Origin: Eledone cirrhosa
Lineage: Eukaryota
NCBI GenBank assembly: GCA_964016885.1
Contig: OZ024740.1
Location: 121,210,001-121,274,000, forward strand
Length of the DNA stretch: 64,000 nt
Direction: 5' to 3'
Position numbers and translations under genes: made by a program
In this document: positions 29,632 through 41,905 of the stretch, piece after piece
Numbering within the stretch: the first letter of the stretch is position 1
Layout of the letters: each line of letters opens with the position of its first letter
The notes under the pieces: generated by a model
What the model saw: the letters and a program-made list of their open reading frames with translations, nothing else
Told to the model about the DNA's origin: nothing
Databases searched by the model: none

Positions 29632-31974
29632 GTAATAATAATAAATTTGAAGACTAAAATCCAAAGAGGGCTCGATAAGCATAAATATATATCAAATATA
29701 TAAGAACCGTAGAGCAAATATTTATGAAAATAACAGATTAAATTTTAAGCATAGAATCGCTGCTTTCACCCTTAACGGGATCTTCTGAAACTAACAAATT
29801 CAATCTGTAAACGCAGAAGTGTATATTTCAAAAAGCGTTGCAACCGGAGGAAGACAGGAAGACAATACTTTGGTTCGGGGAAACGTTCCCTTCACAAAAC
29901 ATACAGGTAATATATACTGACCTATGCAATTAAGTAATGGTATAAACATAACATATACTTAGCTACACACCAAGACGTAAAATATCCACGTATAGATCGT
30001 ACTATCCGTTAGGGTATAATGTGGGGCTGTAATACAGGAAAGTTTGTGCAATTTATGTTTACAAGCCGAAATTGCCTTAGATATTTTGTTTAAGATGTGG
30101 TCTGTGGCGTAGAGTATTTCCAGGTCCTCAGCGGTGCAGAGGTCACATGGTCTTTATTTCCGTTATACGATCTAGCCCTAGCTAGGATCTGCCAGTGTAA
30201 CTTATATTGGGTGTGGTTGTCTTTTGGACTCCTGATATAAGCTGAATAAGTTGTCATATTCCTTCTTAGAGTGTAACGAAAAGAATGGGTATGCATGTAA
30301 AGACGCTGCTTGAATCTATTGGCAGTTAACCCTATGTAGGCCCTACGGGACGTTGGTGTTTCAACCTTACATTTGTAGACAATGTTACTAGAGAGGGATT
30401 TCCCGGATAGGGGGCAATCCACCCGATTCATACGATTACAGTTAGTACTAACTACAGGGTTGCACGTGTTCCTACGGCTAGGTAGTTTAGCTAAATTTGA
30501 AGCCGTGATGTTATGTGCAAGGTTAGGAGTCGTAGAGTAAGACATTTTAATAGTTTTTCTATTAAAAATTTTACTATATTTATGTGTAGGGGGAAAAAGC
30601 TTCGTAATAAGCGATAGAAAGATCTTAGCTAATGGTGTGGCCACCTCCATATTATAGGGTGGGTTATACCATATAATGGATCTATTTCTTCTAGGTCTAT
30701 TCTCGTACTCTGTATATGTTACCTTATCGACAAATCCACTCCGAGCAAGAGCTTCATTGTAATAAGTGGAATGGTCGTTGAAAATATGCTCGTTAGTAGA
30801 AAGACGGGAAAGCCTCAACGAAACGTTTCTTACCAAGTTCTTCGTTATGCTTGCAGGATGGTTGGAATGCTTACTTATGTAATTAAGCGTATCATTCGGT
30901 TTTCTATACGGGTAATACAAGCCATTCAATAAATTGAGGGTAACCTCGAGGTAATTAACGACCGAGAGGTTGGCCTCAACCTGTATAGAGAGGTTGAAGC
31001 CTTTAAAGAAGACTGTGAGTTCTTTTCTGAACCTGTCGCAAGCACGTGGGCCGCACTTAGTCATGGTCAACATACCATTATCACGATACAAACCACCACC
31101 CGCGTCGAGGAATTCGTCCTTGATAGAGAAAAGAAGGAAAAGGCCGATAAGATCAGTAACCTCCGCAGAATTGTTGGCACCCATACTCACGTCGAATGGG
31201 GTACTATTGGATTTTTTAATCCAAATAGAGTCGTCGAAATTAATCACCGGCTTACGGGCATTGAGGATGACATCAACTTCGAAATCCTTAACCACCTGAG
31301 TGTTTTAGCGAAATTGATAGCTCTAAGGAGAAGTGGTAAAGTGATGGATGAGTAGTAATTATTGATGTCGAATTGGATAAAACGGCAATGTTCCTTGTTG
31401 CATATACCGTTGAACCAATCAATCACCGCGAAAGAATTGTTCCACAGTGCAAGAGGGGCCACACTTCTAATTTCAGGTATAATTCTATCAAGAATCCTTT
31501 TACTAAATCTACCTAAATCGAACTTTGTAGGGTTAATAAGCCGAATAGAGGGATTGTTCGGAAAATTGGATTTGTGATCCTTCAGCGTAAAGTGAGAGAA
31601 ATAGGGTCCAGAGGTTCGGTCCTATCCAGGATGTTGTGATCTGAAAATGCACAAAACTTTCCTGTATTACAGCCCCACATTATACCCTAACGGATAGTAC
31701 GATCTATACGTGGACATTTTACGTCTTGATGTGGTAGCTAAGTATATGTTATGTTTATACCATTACTTATTTGCACGGGTAAGTATATATTACCTGTATG
31801 TTTTGTGAAGGGAACGTTTCCACGAACCAAAGTATCGTCTTCCTGTCTTCCTCCGGTTGCAGCGTTTTTTGAAATATCCACTTCTGCGTTTACAGATTGA
31901 CATTGTTTGTTTCACAAGATCCCGTTAAGGGTGAAAGCCGCGATTCTATGCTTAAACTTTAATCTGTTATTTTC

Positions 31975-31980
<6 letters not shown>
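29632..31980 (-). mobile_element. 5'-truncated Penelope-like element with inverted terminal repeats, inserted in (TA)n
   Basis: ORFs 31244-31462 and 30090-31295: FIQFDINNYYSSI, FDVSMGANNSAEVTDLIG, LYRDNG, YRKPN, IIWYNPPYN, CPLSG, IVY..AYIGLT..FKQRLYMH. ~29720-30055 is inverted at 31645-31980. (TA)n on both sides. Confidence 0.92.
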
Positions 31981-32005
<25 letters not shown>

Positions 32006-32302
32006 GTGGTAAAACCACGGGAGGTTATACCCGTAGTAAGTACACCATTCAGTCCAGAGGACGAGTTTGGTATAGAATTAATTCCACAACAAAGCATAAT
32101 CCAGGACGCAATATTAGCGATCGAACTTTCAACCCGGGTATGGCACGTGTGCACGTACGTTTTTGCATTCTTGTGTTTGTACATCCACTCGATAAAACGC
32201 GTGTCCTTGAGTGCAGTTAGATAATTTTTCTGTGGATCTAACTGTTTCACTCTTTCTCGTTCTCTCCCCCCCTTCTCTCTCTCTCCCTCCCTCTCTCTCT
32301 CC

Positions 32303-32364
<62 letters not shown>

Positions 32365-32657
32365 GGAATATAGTGACACACGAGTATAGAAAAGTGACAA
32401 AGTGTAAAAAATAAAATACAGTAGAAAATGTTGGAGGGATTTTTTCAGTATAATATCAAACATTTATTTATAAAATGGCCTTTTCTGTATTTAATCGTGG
32501 TACCGGTTTCAGTATTATATGCCTTTTCAACGGTGGAAGTGAAAAGTGTAGTTAAGTCGCATATTTATACGAATAATAATAAAATGAAGAAACATTATTA
32601 GTTTTTACATGCATATTTAGAGAGGAAACTTTCTTCACACACACATCCACACACACA

Positions 32658-32783
<126 letters not shown>

Positions 32784-32894
32784 TGAAAGGAATTCCAACA
32801 TTGTCTGCTTTACTCGTTTTATTTACAATCCTTTAAAATGTATAATGATATTAGAATGAAATACTATGGTAGAATATTAAATGTTAAGTGTTAA

Positions 32895-32935
32895 TTGAAC
32901 AAGTACTTTCATGCTTTCGCAATCTTCAGGTTCAA
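32895..32935 (-). ncRNA. Minimal type-I hammerhead ribozyme
   Basis: TTGAAC-CTGAAGA-t-TGC gaaa GCA-t-GAAA-GTA-CTT-GTTCAA. 6-bp stem I, tetraloop stem II, palindromic AAGTACTT stem III. Confidence 0.8.
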
Positions 32936-33564
32936 ATTCTGTGGTGACAGTCAAATTTGCAATTTTCAACTATAATGAAGTGGGTAAATGTTGTGCCTTA
33001 TATACAGTGAAAAGCGGCTACAGGATGCTAAATTGTGCAAACTGTATTTCGACCAATCAGTGTGTGGTTTCACTGGATTACTAAAGCTGATTGGCTTAGA
33101 CGTCACGGTTGGTTGAGCATGTCTAACGACTACTGGTTGTCCCTATCCAAAGCATAAATTATTTTGCGATTTTTAGAAATGATTAAAATAGCATTTTGTA
33201 GTAATCATCACCATCAACATAACTGTTATTATTATTATTGTTGACGTTGTTGTTAGTGTTTGTAGTCGACATGACATGGTCGTAGTCATAGTAGGAGTAA
33301 TATTCCATTATTATTGTTCATTTAGCTTGGGTTGGAATTTATCAATAAAATTATTTTCTTTGATTGTTCTCTTGATTTCACTTCGGCTGTGTAATTTGTA
33401 GAATGGAAATATAAATATTCTCTGACACATGTTGCTAGATGGTTACTGAGGCGTATCTGACGGACATTTGGGTATCTGATTTATATATATATGTATATAT
33501 ATATATATTTCGTTTATGAATTTGTTTAGCAAGATTCTTTATCTGAAAACGTGTGTTGAAACCG

Positions 33565-34078
33565 ATATTGTTATACTTTGGGAGGGTCATGTTGCCAATA
33601 AGAAACACACGCACCAGTTGTTTTCAGTTCAATTTATTATAATAAATTTATAAATTTAGGAATTTATAAATTTCCGGTTGGTTGGTTGGTTCCACAACCA
33701 GATGGTTGTTTATATATTGTTAAAGTCTTTCGTCACACATTATGTGAGCTCTTCAGTGACTGGGGATTCTGTTCTTTGTTTTTGTGCCTCTCCTTTGTTC
33801 TGTCCTACGCCATCTTGTTTCTGTATCAAGATGGCGTAGGACAGAACAAAGGGGAGGCACAAAAACAAAGAAAAGAATCCCCAGACACTGAAGAGCTCAC
33901 ATAATGTGTGACGAAAGACTTTGACAATATATAAACAACCATCTGGTTGTGGAACCAACCAACCAACCGGAAATTTATAAATTCCTAAATTTATAAATTT
34001 ATTATAATAAATTGAAGTGAAACAAATGGTGCGTGTGTTTCTTATTGGCAACATGACCCTCCCAAAGTATAACAATAT
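33565..34078. repeat. ~250-bp-arm near-perfect palindrome with a hammerhead-like motif in each arm
   Basis: Centre ~33822. CTGAAGA (33888-33894)-gc-TCACA taatg TGTGA-c-GAAA (33913-33916). Confidence 0.9.
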
Positions 34079-34904
34079 ATATAAGAGTGTGTTTAAGTTT
34101 GATATATATATGTATTGGGGTTACGTGTGTGAATGTATGTGCGTTCGTGTGCGCGCGTACGAGCGCGTGTATGTAACTCTAACTCTAAAATTAGCGTACT
34201 TACATATAAAGACACAGTACACACACAATTCGTTACTACACAATTAAATCCTTTACTTTCCAATCACAAACACATTGTTCTAACCGTAAATTTGACTTAG
34301 ATTTCTCCTAATAAATTATTAAAATATATTTAACTTTAAATATTTTCAAATTCCTCGAATCAACAAAAACAATATGGTGTGCACATGGATCGTTCCTTGA
34401 CTCGTATAGTGTTTGTGCGTGCATGTATATATTCAAGAGCTATAACACACAATATACCAATTGCATAACAGTGTAATTCCAAATATACTATGATACACAC
34501 TCTTTATGTCTGGCACATATATTAAATAATGATAATGAATAAATATACAAAATAGAATAAGTAATTTAATAAATACGAAATTAAATTAAAAAAAGGAAAA
34601 CATACACACATGCACTCACACGCACTCAAACGCACACACAGAAATGTTAAAACTTCTCACACATCCTACTACAACTTCCAGCTAGTAACGGCATAAACAG
34701 TACCCTCTCAAACATTTTCTCTATTTTGATGAGGGGATTTTATCTCGAAAATTAAGGTCATATTTGAATAAAGAACAAGTAACAACTTTGTCACCTTTTT
34801 TATCATAAATCGTACCTAACCTTATGCACTGTCGCAGCCTTCGAAATACATACGTTCTTATACATAATGCACAATGATTCAAGCAAACTACAACACTCAA
34901 AGCG

Positions 34905-36005
34905 GGTTTAGTTTACAGTATTAAGAATTGTTTCATTGATCAGGTGAGTCTAAATGCCGTTTATCACCAGAAATTGCGTCACTCGATCTTAAATACAGTG
35001 TTTGTTTCTGATCAAATCATCGGTATACTGAAGGGCATTGGTATTTATAGGTACATCGGAAAATCAAGTAAATGAAAACAATAACAACACTAATAAAAAA
35101 ATAGTGAAATGACAAAAAAATATATAACAAAATAATAATAAAAAGACAAAAAATACAGTTATTGGTAATGGTAGTGGTGGTGGTAGATGAAGTTATAATT
35201 GTGAGTAAGTGGATGTGTAAAATAGTGATGACGGTAATGATAACAATAACATGAAATGAAATACGATATATGATAGGCAACATTTTGGTAAGTGACCGTG
35301 ATACTAATATAGTGTATTGAGTTTATGAATTGGCGAAATAAAATTCCAAAAAAGTAGAAAAATAGCAAAGGATCAAAATAAAAAGTAAGAGAGAAAGAGA
35401 TGAAGAACAGGAGATAGAAAATAAAGAATAAGTATTTGACGATGAGACAAAAAGGATCGGAGAATAGATAAATAGGGAATAAAAAGTGAAAGGGACAGTG
35501 ATCATATATAGGTGATTAAGTTTGAGTAGATTGTCTGATTTATATCATCTGATTTATTTTATTGGAGGTGATGCGACTATACAGAGTAATTTTGTCCACT
35601 CACCAACATTTTGCCTATCATATATCATATTTCTTTTCATGTTATTGGTATCATTACTGTCATCACTATTTTACACATCCACTTGGTACTCACCATTATA
35701 ACTTCATCTACCACCACCGCTACTATTATCAATAACCGTTATTTTTGTCTTTTTATTATTTTTTATTTTTTAAATATTTTTTATCATTTCACTATTTTTT
35801 ATTAGTGTTGTTATTGTTTTCATTTACTTGAGTCGCCGATGTATCTATAAATACCAGTACCCTGTGTTACATCCTTCAGTATTCCGATGATTTGATCAGA
35901 AACACACACTGTATTTAAGATCGAGTGATGCAATTTCAAGTGATTAGCGGCCTTTAGGCTCACCTGATCAATGAAACAATTGTTAATACTGTAAATAAAA
36001 CCCCT
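34905..36005. repeat. ~390-bp inverted repeat around a ~310-bp spacer, with a hammerhead in each arm
   Basis: 34905-35290 is the reverse complement of 35603-36005 with moderate divergence. Confidence 0.85.
35877..35991 (+). ncRNA. Type-I hammerhead motif with CCGATGA core variant and long stem II
   Basis: CAGTATT-CCGATGA-t-TTGATCAG...CTGATCAA-t-GAAA-CAATT-GTT-AATACTG, followed by AATAAA. Confidence 0.75.
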
Positions 36006-37059
36006 TTTCATACAGCGGACAATGTTATCTTCACTCTTATTACTTCAACAAGCACCTGCATAGGTATTCTCATAAACTCGCCACCAAATTAAGGAAACTT
36101 CTTGTTTAGTCAAACAACGCCGTACGTTAAAACTATCCACAGTACAGTGTACTCACAACCTCTAACAGGAATGTGTCCGTTGAACAATCAGTGTCTTGAA
36201 CGCAACATCATATACAAATGTACTATCGAATCGGATAGCCAGAAGTGGTACTATGTGGGGTCTACAGCTACCTCCTTCAAATCTCGCCTTTATAGACATC
36301 GTTACTCAATAAAACATGAAAACCAGCGTTATGTAACAACACTCGCAGACAAGGCTTGGCAGCTGCGCGAAAATAACCAACAATTTAACCTAAAATGGGA
36401 TATAAAAGCTCCTGCCCCTGCATATACCACGGACAGGAATTTTGTAAATTGTGTAATATGAAATTATTTTGTATTATGAAATCAAAAAATATTTTATTAA
36501 ATAACATAATAGGGTGATCGTTATACTGTAACCATCGCTTGAAATCTACATTTTCATATTACAAACACTACCAGGATTGAACGCCTGTCTCCATCTCCGT
36601 TTGACTGTCAAAATACATATTAACATTCTCTATTAGTCTTAATTCTATCAACTCTTCTATTCTTTACCATTTAATATAAACTGCTATAGATAAAATGAGA
36701 TTTCTTAATTCAATTCTCTAATGCATATACCAGAAAGGTTACCAGCATTGTTGTTATTCAGTAGCAGTGAAAACTCCCTCTTCCTTAATTGACACTTTAT
36801 ATCTATTAATACTACTACACCAAACGACCAGCCCTGTCCATTGTTCAATTGGTCAAGTATAGATTAAAATAGGCACTCCCAAAAATTCTTATTTAGATAA
36901 AATAAACCATATACTCATTGTATTCTCATTAGAAACCTTTTAGATACTTGTTTACCAGTAAATTGAATTGCCATCTGTCATATACTATCCCTTCTCCTCT
37001 TCCTTTCTCACAACTAATATAAATATTTCAATTTTTCTGATTTTTTCCAATGTATTCAA

Positions 37060-37178
37060 TATGTCTGAAGAAGTGACAACTGCTTATACATTTGCTATCG
37101 AATACTTGCTAACATTATATGATTACGCAAGCAGCGATACATAGGTATTCCGTCTGTTACAGAAACATATGTCAATAC
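37060..37178 (+). ncRNA. pLTR hammerhead-like motif with long stem II
   Basis: CTGAAGA (37065-37071)-a-GTGACA...TGTTAC-a-GAAA-CATAT-GTC, then AATAAA. Stem I is weak. The 3' pLTR copy (~44348) lacks 3 nt at the core. Confidence 0.55.
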
Positions 37179-37741
37179 CTAATAAATTCCTTTATAAAAG
37201 CACTTTCATTTTATATTCATCTTTTCTACATTTTCTCCGGAATATAATTTATACTCGTTGAGCAAACCTACACGTACGCTGTCCATCTCTTACGTGACGA
37301 TATATTATCACTACATTATTGATAACCTGAAATTTTAATAATCTCCTATACAGTTGAGCAAATAATTCAGCATACGCCTCTAAAATGGAAAGGCACCAAT
37401 TGGATATGTCGCTAAAAAACATACCTTTTCAGGCAAAAAAGGAATATATTCTAGGTATGATACGAAGGACCAATGATTTTATTCGACGAATCAGATGGAA
37501 AACATTCCACATTGACCAAAGCCGTATAAACCAAACATCGGATCTTAACAAGGTTAATTTGGATTTAAATCTTACAAAAAACCCACCCTCAAACCCACTT
37601 TTGGATGCATTTGAACAAGACCTAATGGATATGATCATGGAGATCAAATTTACAAAACAGAAAAACAATAAACTACAGAATGACATCATGGCACTGCTCA
37701 ATAATCTAAAAAATGCCAATGGAATTATTGTTAGAGCAGAC

Positions 37742-38017
37742 TGTTGTATTCCTCTCGGTACTCGCAGAGAAAACACAACGAGTTATATCAAATAATTTGT
37801 GTCATTTTCGAAACAACCAAAACGCCCCTCCTCGCAGTAGCAGAATAACATAAAGTAAGTAAGTAGCAGTCTGTGACCGAGTTTTTAATACCAACGCTGA
37901 CTGACTGCCTAGGTCACGTGATTCATATGCAAATGTGTGAGCACGTGTAAATTGAATAGAAATTTAACAGTCCATACAACAATGAGGTTGTGAGTTCGAT
38001 TCCCAGTCCATACAACA
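37742..38017 (-). repeat. Gypsy 3' LTR (276 bp)
   Basis: I counted 3 differences from the 5' LTR by eye. Confidence 0.95.
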
Positions 38018-38051
38018 CCTCCCCACCGAAATTGATGCGACAAAAGAAGCA

Positions 38052-41000
38052 TCAACAGCAAAGTCTCTCTGAGGGTTGACGAGTTCTCTTGGACCGTCTT
38101 CGATTGTCTGGTCCATACTCTGGAACGGGCAACAAGGTCTTGGGTCTGGTCTGTCTTGGAGTTAGTGGCACGATTTCCGAGATCTCCATCGGGTGATCTG
38201 TTGCAAATTCAAAAAATGTGTCTACTGCATCAACAGGTTCATTGTCTTCCTCAGTAGTGTACCGCGGTTGCAGCTGTTCCAAGTGTCGTCTCCACACCGG
38301 GCCATGAGGTATGACCTTAACGTTGAAGCAGCGAGTACCCAATGACTTCTTAATGATTGCTGGTACCCATCGGGGATCTTTGTCTCGGCGAGGTCCGTAG
38401 TACAGTGCATACACAGGATCTCCAGTTTTGTACTGCCTGGTAACCTTAGTGACACCTGCCGAGTCCGGAGTCATATGAGACTTATATGCTTCCTTAGACT
38501 GCTTGCCTTGAGCGATGTGTGCTGGCGAGGGCAGCAGAGAATCAATCCTTGTTCGTATCTGCCGGTGATTCAAAAGTTCACTCGGAGAGAATCCACTCGA
38601 TGTCGGTGTTCTCCGGTACTGCATCAAGAACTCTTGAAGTGCTCGCTTCGGCGGAAGAGAAGTCTTCCACAGAGCTTGTTTGAAGGTCTGCACCAAACGT
38701 TCCGCTGCTCCGTTAGTAGCTGGGTGGTAAGGTGCCCCTGTCAGGTGCGTGATCCCACGTTCTTTGCACCAGCTCTGGAACTCCTCAGAAATAGAAGTTG
38801 GTGCGTTATCGGTGACTAGCGTGTGAGGACTGAACAGTGATGTCAGTGGCTTGTGGTCAGTTACGAGTATAAACTGATGTCCGTACAGAGACTGATAGAA
38901 CTTCTACAAGCCAAATATGATGGCCAGGGCTTCCTTTTGAATTTGGCCGTAGTTACGCTGTGCAAAAGTAAGAGTCTTGGACACATTGGATATTGGGCGC
39001 TCGCTTCCATCAGGATAGCGATGAAACAGGACTGCTCCAATACCAACGTTTGACGCGTCGCAAGCCAGTCCCAAAGTTTTGTTTGGATCGAAGTGTATCA
39101 GAACTCGATCCGATGAAAGCACATTTTTCAACTGATCGAAATCTGACTGTTCTTCATCTCCCCACTTCCAAGTAGTCGTTTTTTTCGTAAGGCAATAGAG
39201 TGGCTCTGCCATGCTGTCCAGGTTTGGGATAAACTTTCCATAGAACTGAACTGAACCCAGGAAAGACTTCAAGCTTGAGACGTTCGTTGGAGGTGCCATC
39301 TTTAAAACTGCTTAGACCTTGGATCCCTTCGCGATCCCTTCAGCCGACAAGGTGTGTCCAAGGTATTCCACACTGGGTAGTGCAAACTGGCACTTGTCAC
39401 GGCGACATCTGAGTCCTTTGTCGCATAGACGTGTGAGCAGACACTTTAGGTTGTTCAGGTGATCGTTTGCATCTTTCCCACTGACGAGCATGTCGTCCTG
39501 GAAGACGGCCACACCAGGTAGATCTAAGTCAGGTTTCCATGATCTCCTGAAGTAACCAGGTGCTGACTTGATTCCGAAAGGGAGTCGTTCCTGCAGGAGC
39601 ACCCCACGGTGAGTGCTGAGTGCAAGCCTGCGTTGACTTTCTGGAGCCAGCTTGATCTGATTATAGGCATCAGCAAGATCAATCTTTGTGTATCCGAATC
39701 CACCTCCGAGCTTCTGCATCAGTTCCTCTGGGAGTGGCATTGGATGACGATGATCTGCAAGTTGGTCATTAATTCCCACAGAGTAGTCACCACAAATCCG
39801 TAGTTTCGGCTTCAGGTTGCCTGAAGTATGTGCTTTACGAATCGTTACCACTGGCGTTCCGTATTCGTTGAACTGTATTGGCTTCCAGATTCCTTTGGCG
39901 ATGCCTTCTTCGTAACCTTTGGCCAGGTCATCTCGAAGAGCAAACGGGACCGGGCGTGCCTTGTGAAAGACCGGTGTCGCGTCCAACTTGAACTTCACTT
40001 CCAGTTCGAAGTCATTAAGACATCCCAATTCTTGCTTGAAGAGATCTGGGAATTCATCACACATGTTGTGACAATCTCGTTGCATGGAAATATAGGGCTC
40101 ATTTGAGGTCTTTGGATGCATCACTTCTGCACCCTCACTCTTGGCCTGGCTGTCTATGCTTTTCAAGCCTAGTGCATTGTCCACGGAAATTCCCAGAGTC
40201 TGGATAGCGTTTCGTCCCAGCAAATTAAGATCAGGTATCTTGGTGACGATGTAGGGTATTGAATTCCGTTTACCGGTCGTTGGATCCTTGGTTTGGCCCA
40301 TGAAAGTTCCCAGAACGAGCAGGTCATGCTTGCTGGCAGATTCAAACCGATGTTTGACATCTTGCAGCTTCGGTTTTCCTAATTGTTTCCAAACTGACAA
40401 GGAAACAAAATTGCCTGTAATAGCTGTGTCCAATTCCATTGTGAAAAGTCTGTTCTGGATTGTTATTGGCACATTCAAACTATGAGTATCGTGGGGAACT
40501 TCACCAAGGATCGCCTTGACTAGCTCAGCTTTCGTGATTCTTTTCACGTAATTCTGTGAGCGATGATTACGTTGCTGATGTTGTTTCTTTCTACACACCG
40601 CTTGCAAATGTCCCTTTTTGTCACAAAAATGACATTTGGCTTCTTTGAAGGGGCAGTCTATCGCTTTGTGGGCCTTTCCACATCGGTAGCACATCTCCTG
40701 GTCTGTGGAATAAGACTGCTGATAATTCTTTCGAGGACCCTTGTTCTTGTTCTGCTGGACCTTGTAGACTTGCTTGGTTTTGGAACCGTAAACAGTTTCC
40801 TTGGCAACCTTTGCTGCGTCTTCGGTCCCGATGGAAACCTGGACAGCACGGGCGAAACCTAGTTCTGTATCCTTGATCTTGAAAATAGCCTTCAACACAG
40901 CTTCATTATTGACAGAACATATAAATCTCTGTCTTAGAGCTTCATCTTGTGGATTTGTGATCGAAGGAAAATCACAGGTAGCTGCATCCTGACGTATACG

Positions 41001-41523
41001 TGCTGCCAGCTCCTGGAGAGTTTCGCCTGGCTTCCGTTGCATGTCACTCCAGAAATTGAAACGTTCTCTCACAATGAAAAGTTTTGGGTCGAACTGTTCT
41101 TTCATGAAGTCAACAATTTAGTCCATTGTCAACGTGTTGATATTCTTAGGCGGATTTTGTTGAGCAGCCAGATTTGCAAGTTGTTTGTAGATAGCAGCCG
41201 TCTGATTAGTCAGGAACACTTGTGCCATGCGTTGCTCGGGTACAGCGTTAGCAGCCACAAACGTGCATAATCTTGACCAGTATTCAGGCCATAGTTCTGT
41301 TGTTGAATCAAAAGCAGCAAATGGTGGGATGAATGCTGTTGGTGTCGAAGCAACTGGCGACGCCAATAAACTCTGTTGTTCAGAATCTCGAGCACCAAAC
41401 AGTTTTATCAGAGTGTCCATATCTTTCTTGTGTTGTTGCATTTGTTGTTCCTGTTGTTGCATTTGTTGTTCCATCTGTTCTCTAAACAACTTTATTAGCT
41501 CCGCTGTTTGTTGTTCCGCCATG
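38052..41523 (-). pseudogene. gag-pol polyprotein with premature stops and an RNaseH-integrase deletion
   Basis: Two CCHC knuckles (CYRCGKAHKAIDC, CHFCDKKGHLQAVC), protease LDTA, RT KIDLADAY/LPFG/FQDD, RNaseH CDAS..KEALA..TDHKPL, integrase TDN..PYHPATNGAAERLV. Stops at 41118, 39312 and 38904. Confidence 0.92.
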
Positions 41524-41629
41524 TTTTTGTGATAAACAATTTCCCGGCAATGTAGGTAAATCCTATCGGCAATGTAGGTAAATCCTATCAGCAATGTAGG
41601 TAAATCCTATCGGCGACGCCAATAAACTC

Positions 41630-41905
41630 TGTTGTATTCCTCTCGGTACTCGCAGAGAAAACACAACGAGTTATATCAAATAATTTGTGTAATTTTCGAA
41701 ACAACCAAAACGCCCCTCCTCGCAGTAGCAGAATAACATAAAGTAAGTAAGTAGCAGTCTGTGACCGAGTTTTTAATACCAACGCTGACTGACTGCCCAG
41801 GTCACGTGATTCATATGCAAATGTGTGAGCACGTGTAAATTGAATAGAAATTTAACAGTCCATACAACAATGAGGTTGTGAGTTCGATTCCCAGTCCATG
41901 CAACA
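41630..41905 (-). repeat. Gypsy 5' LTR (276 bp)
   Basis: Followed on the minus strand by the PBS. Confidence 0.95.

Larger units (their letters stand above)
37742..41905 (-). mobile_element. Ty3/Gypsy LTR retrotransposon, internally deleted
   Basis: TG..CA LTRs at 37742-38017 and 41630-41905. TSD CAGAC at 37737-37741 and 41906-41910. PPT GGTGGGGAGG. PBS TGGCGTCGCCGATAGGA. Domain order gag-PR-RT-RH-IN. Confidence 0.97.

Noticed and set aside
29755-29795. Hammerhead in the 29632-family terminal repeat (CAGAAGA-tcccgttaagggt-GAAA on minus)
   Set aside because: The position is suggestive, but the core reads CAGA or CACA in all copies and I could not form stems I and III.
41546-41611. CRISPR-like repeats
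   Set aside because: Contiguous 22-bp tandem repeats with no spacers, in a eukaryotic retrotransposon leader.
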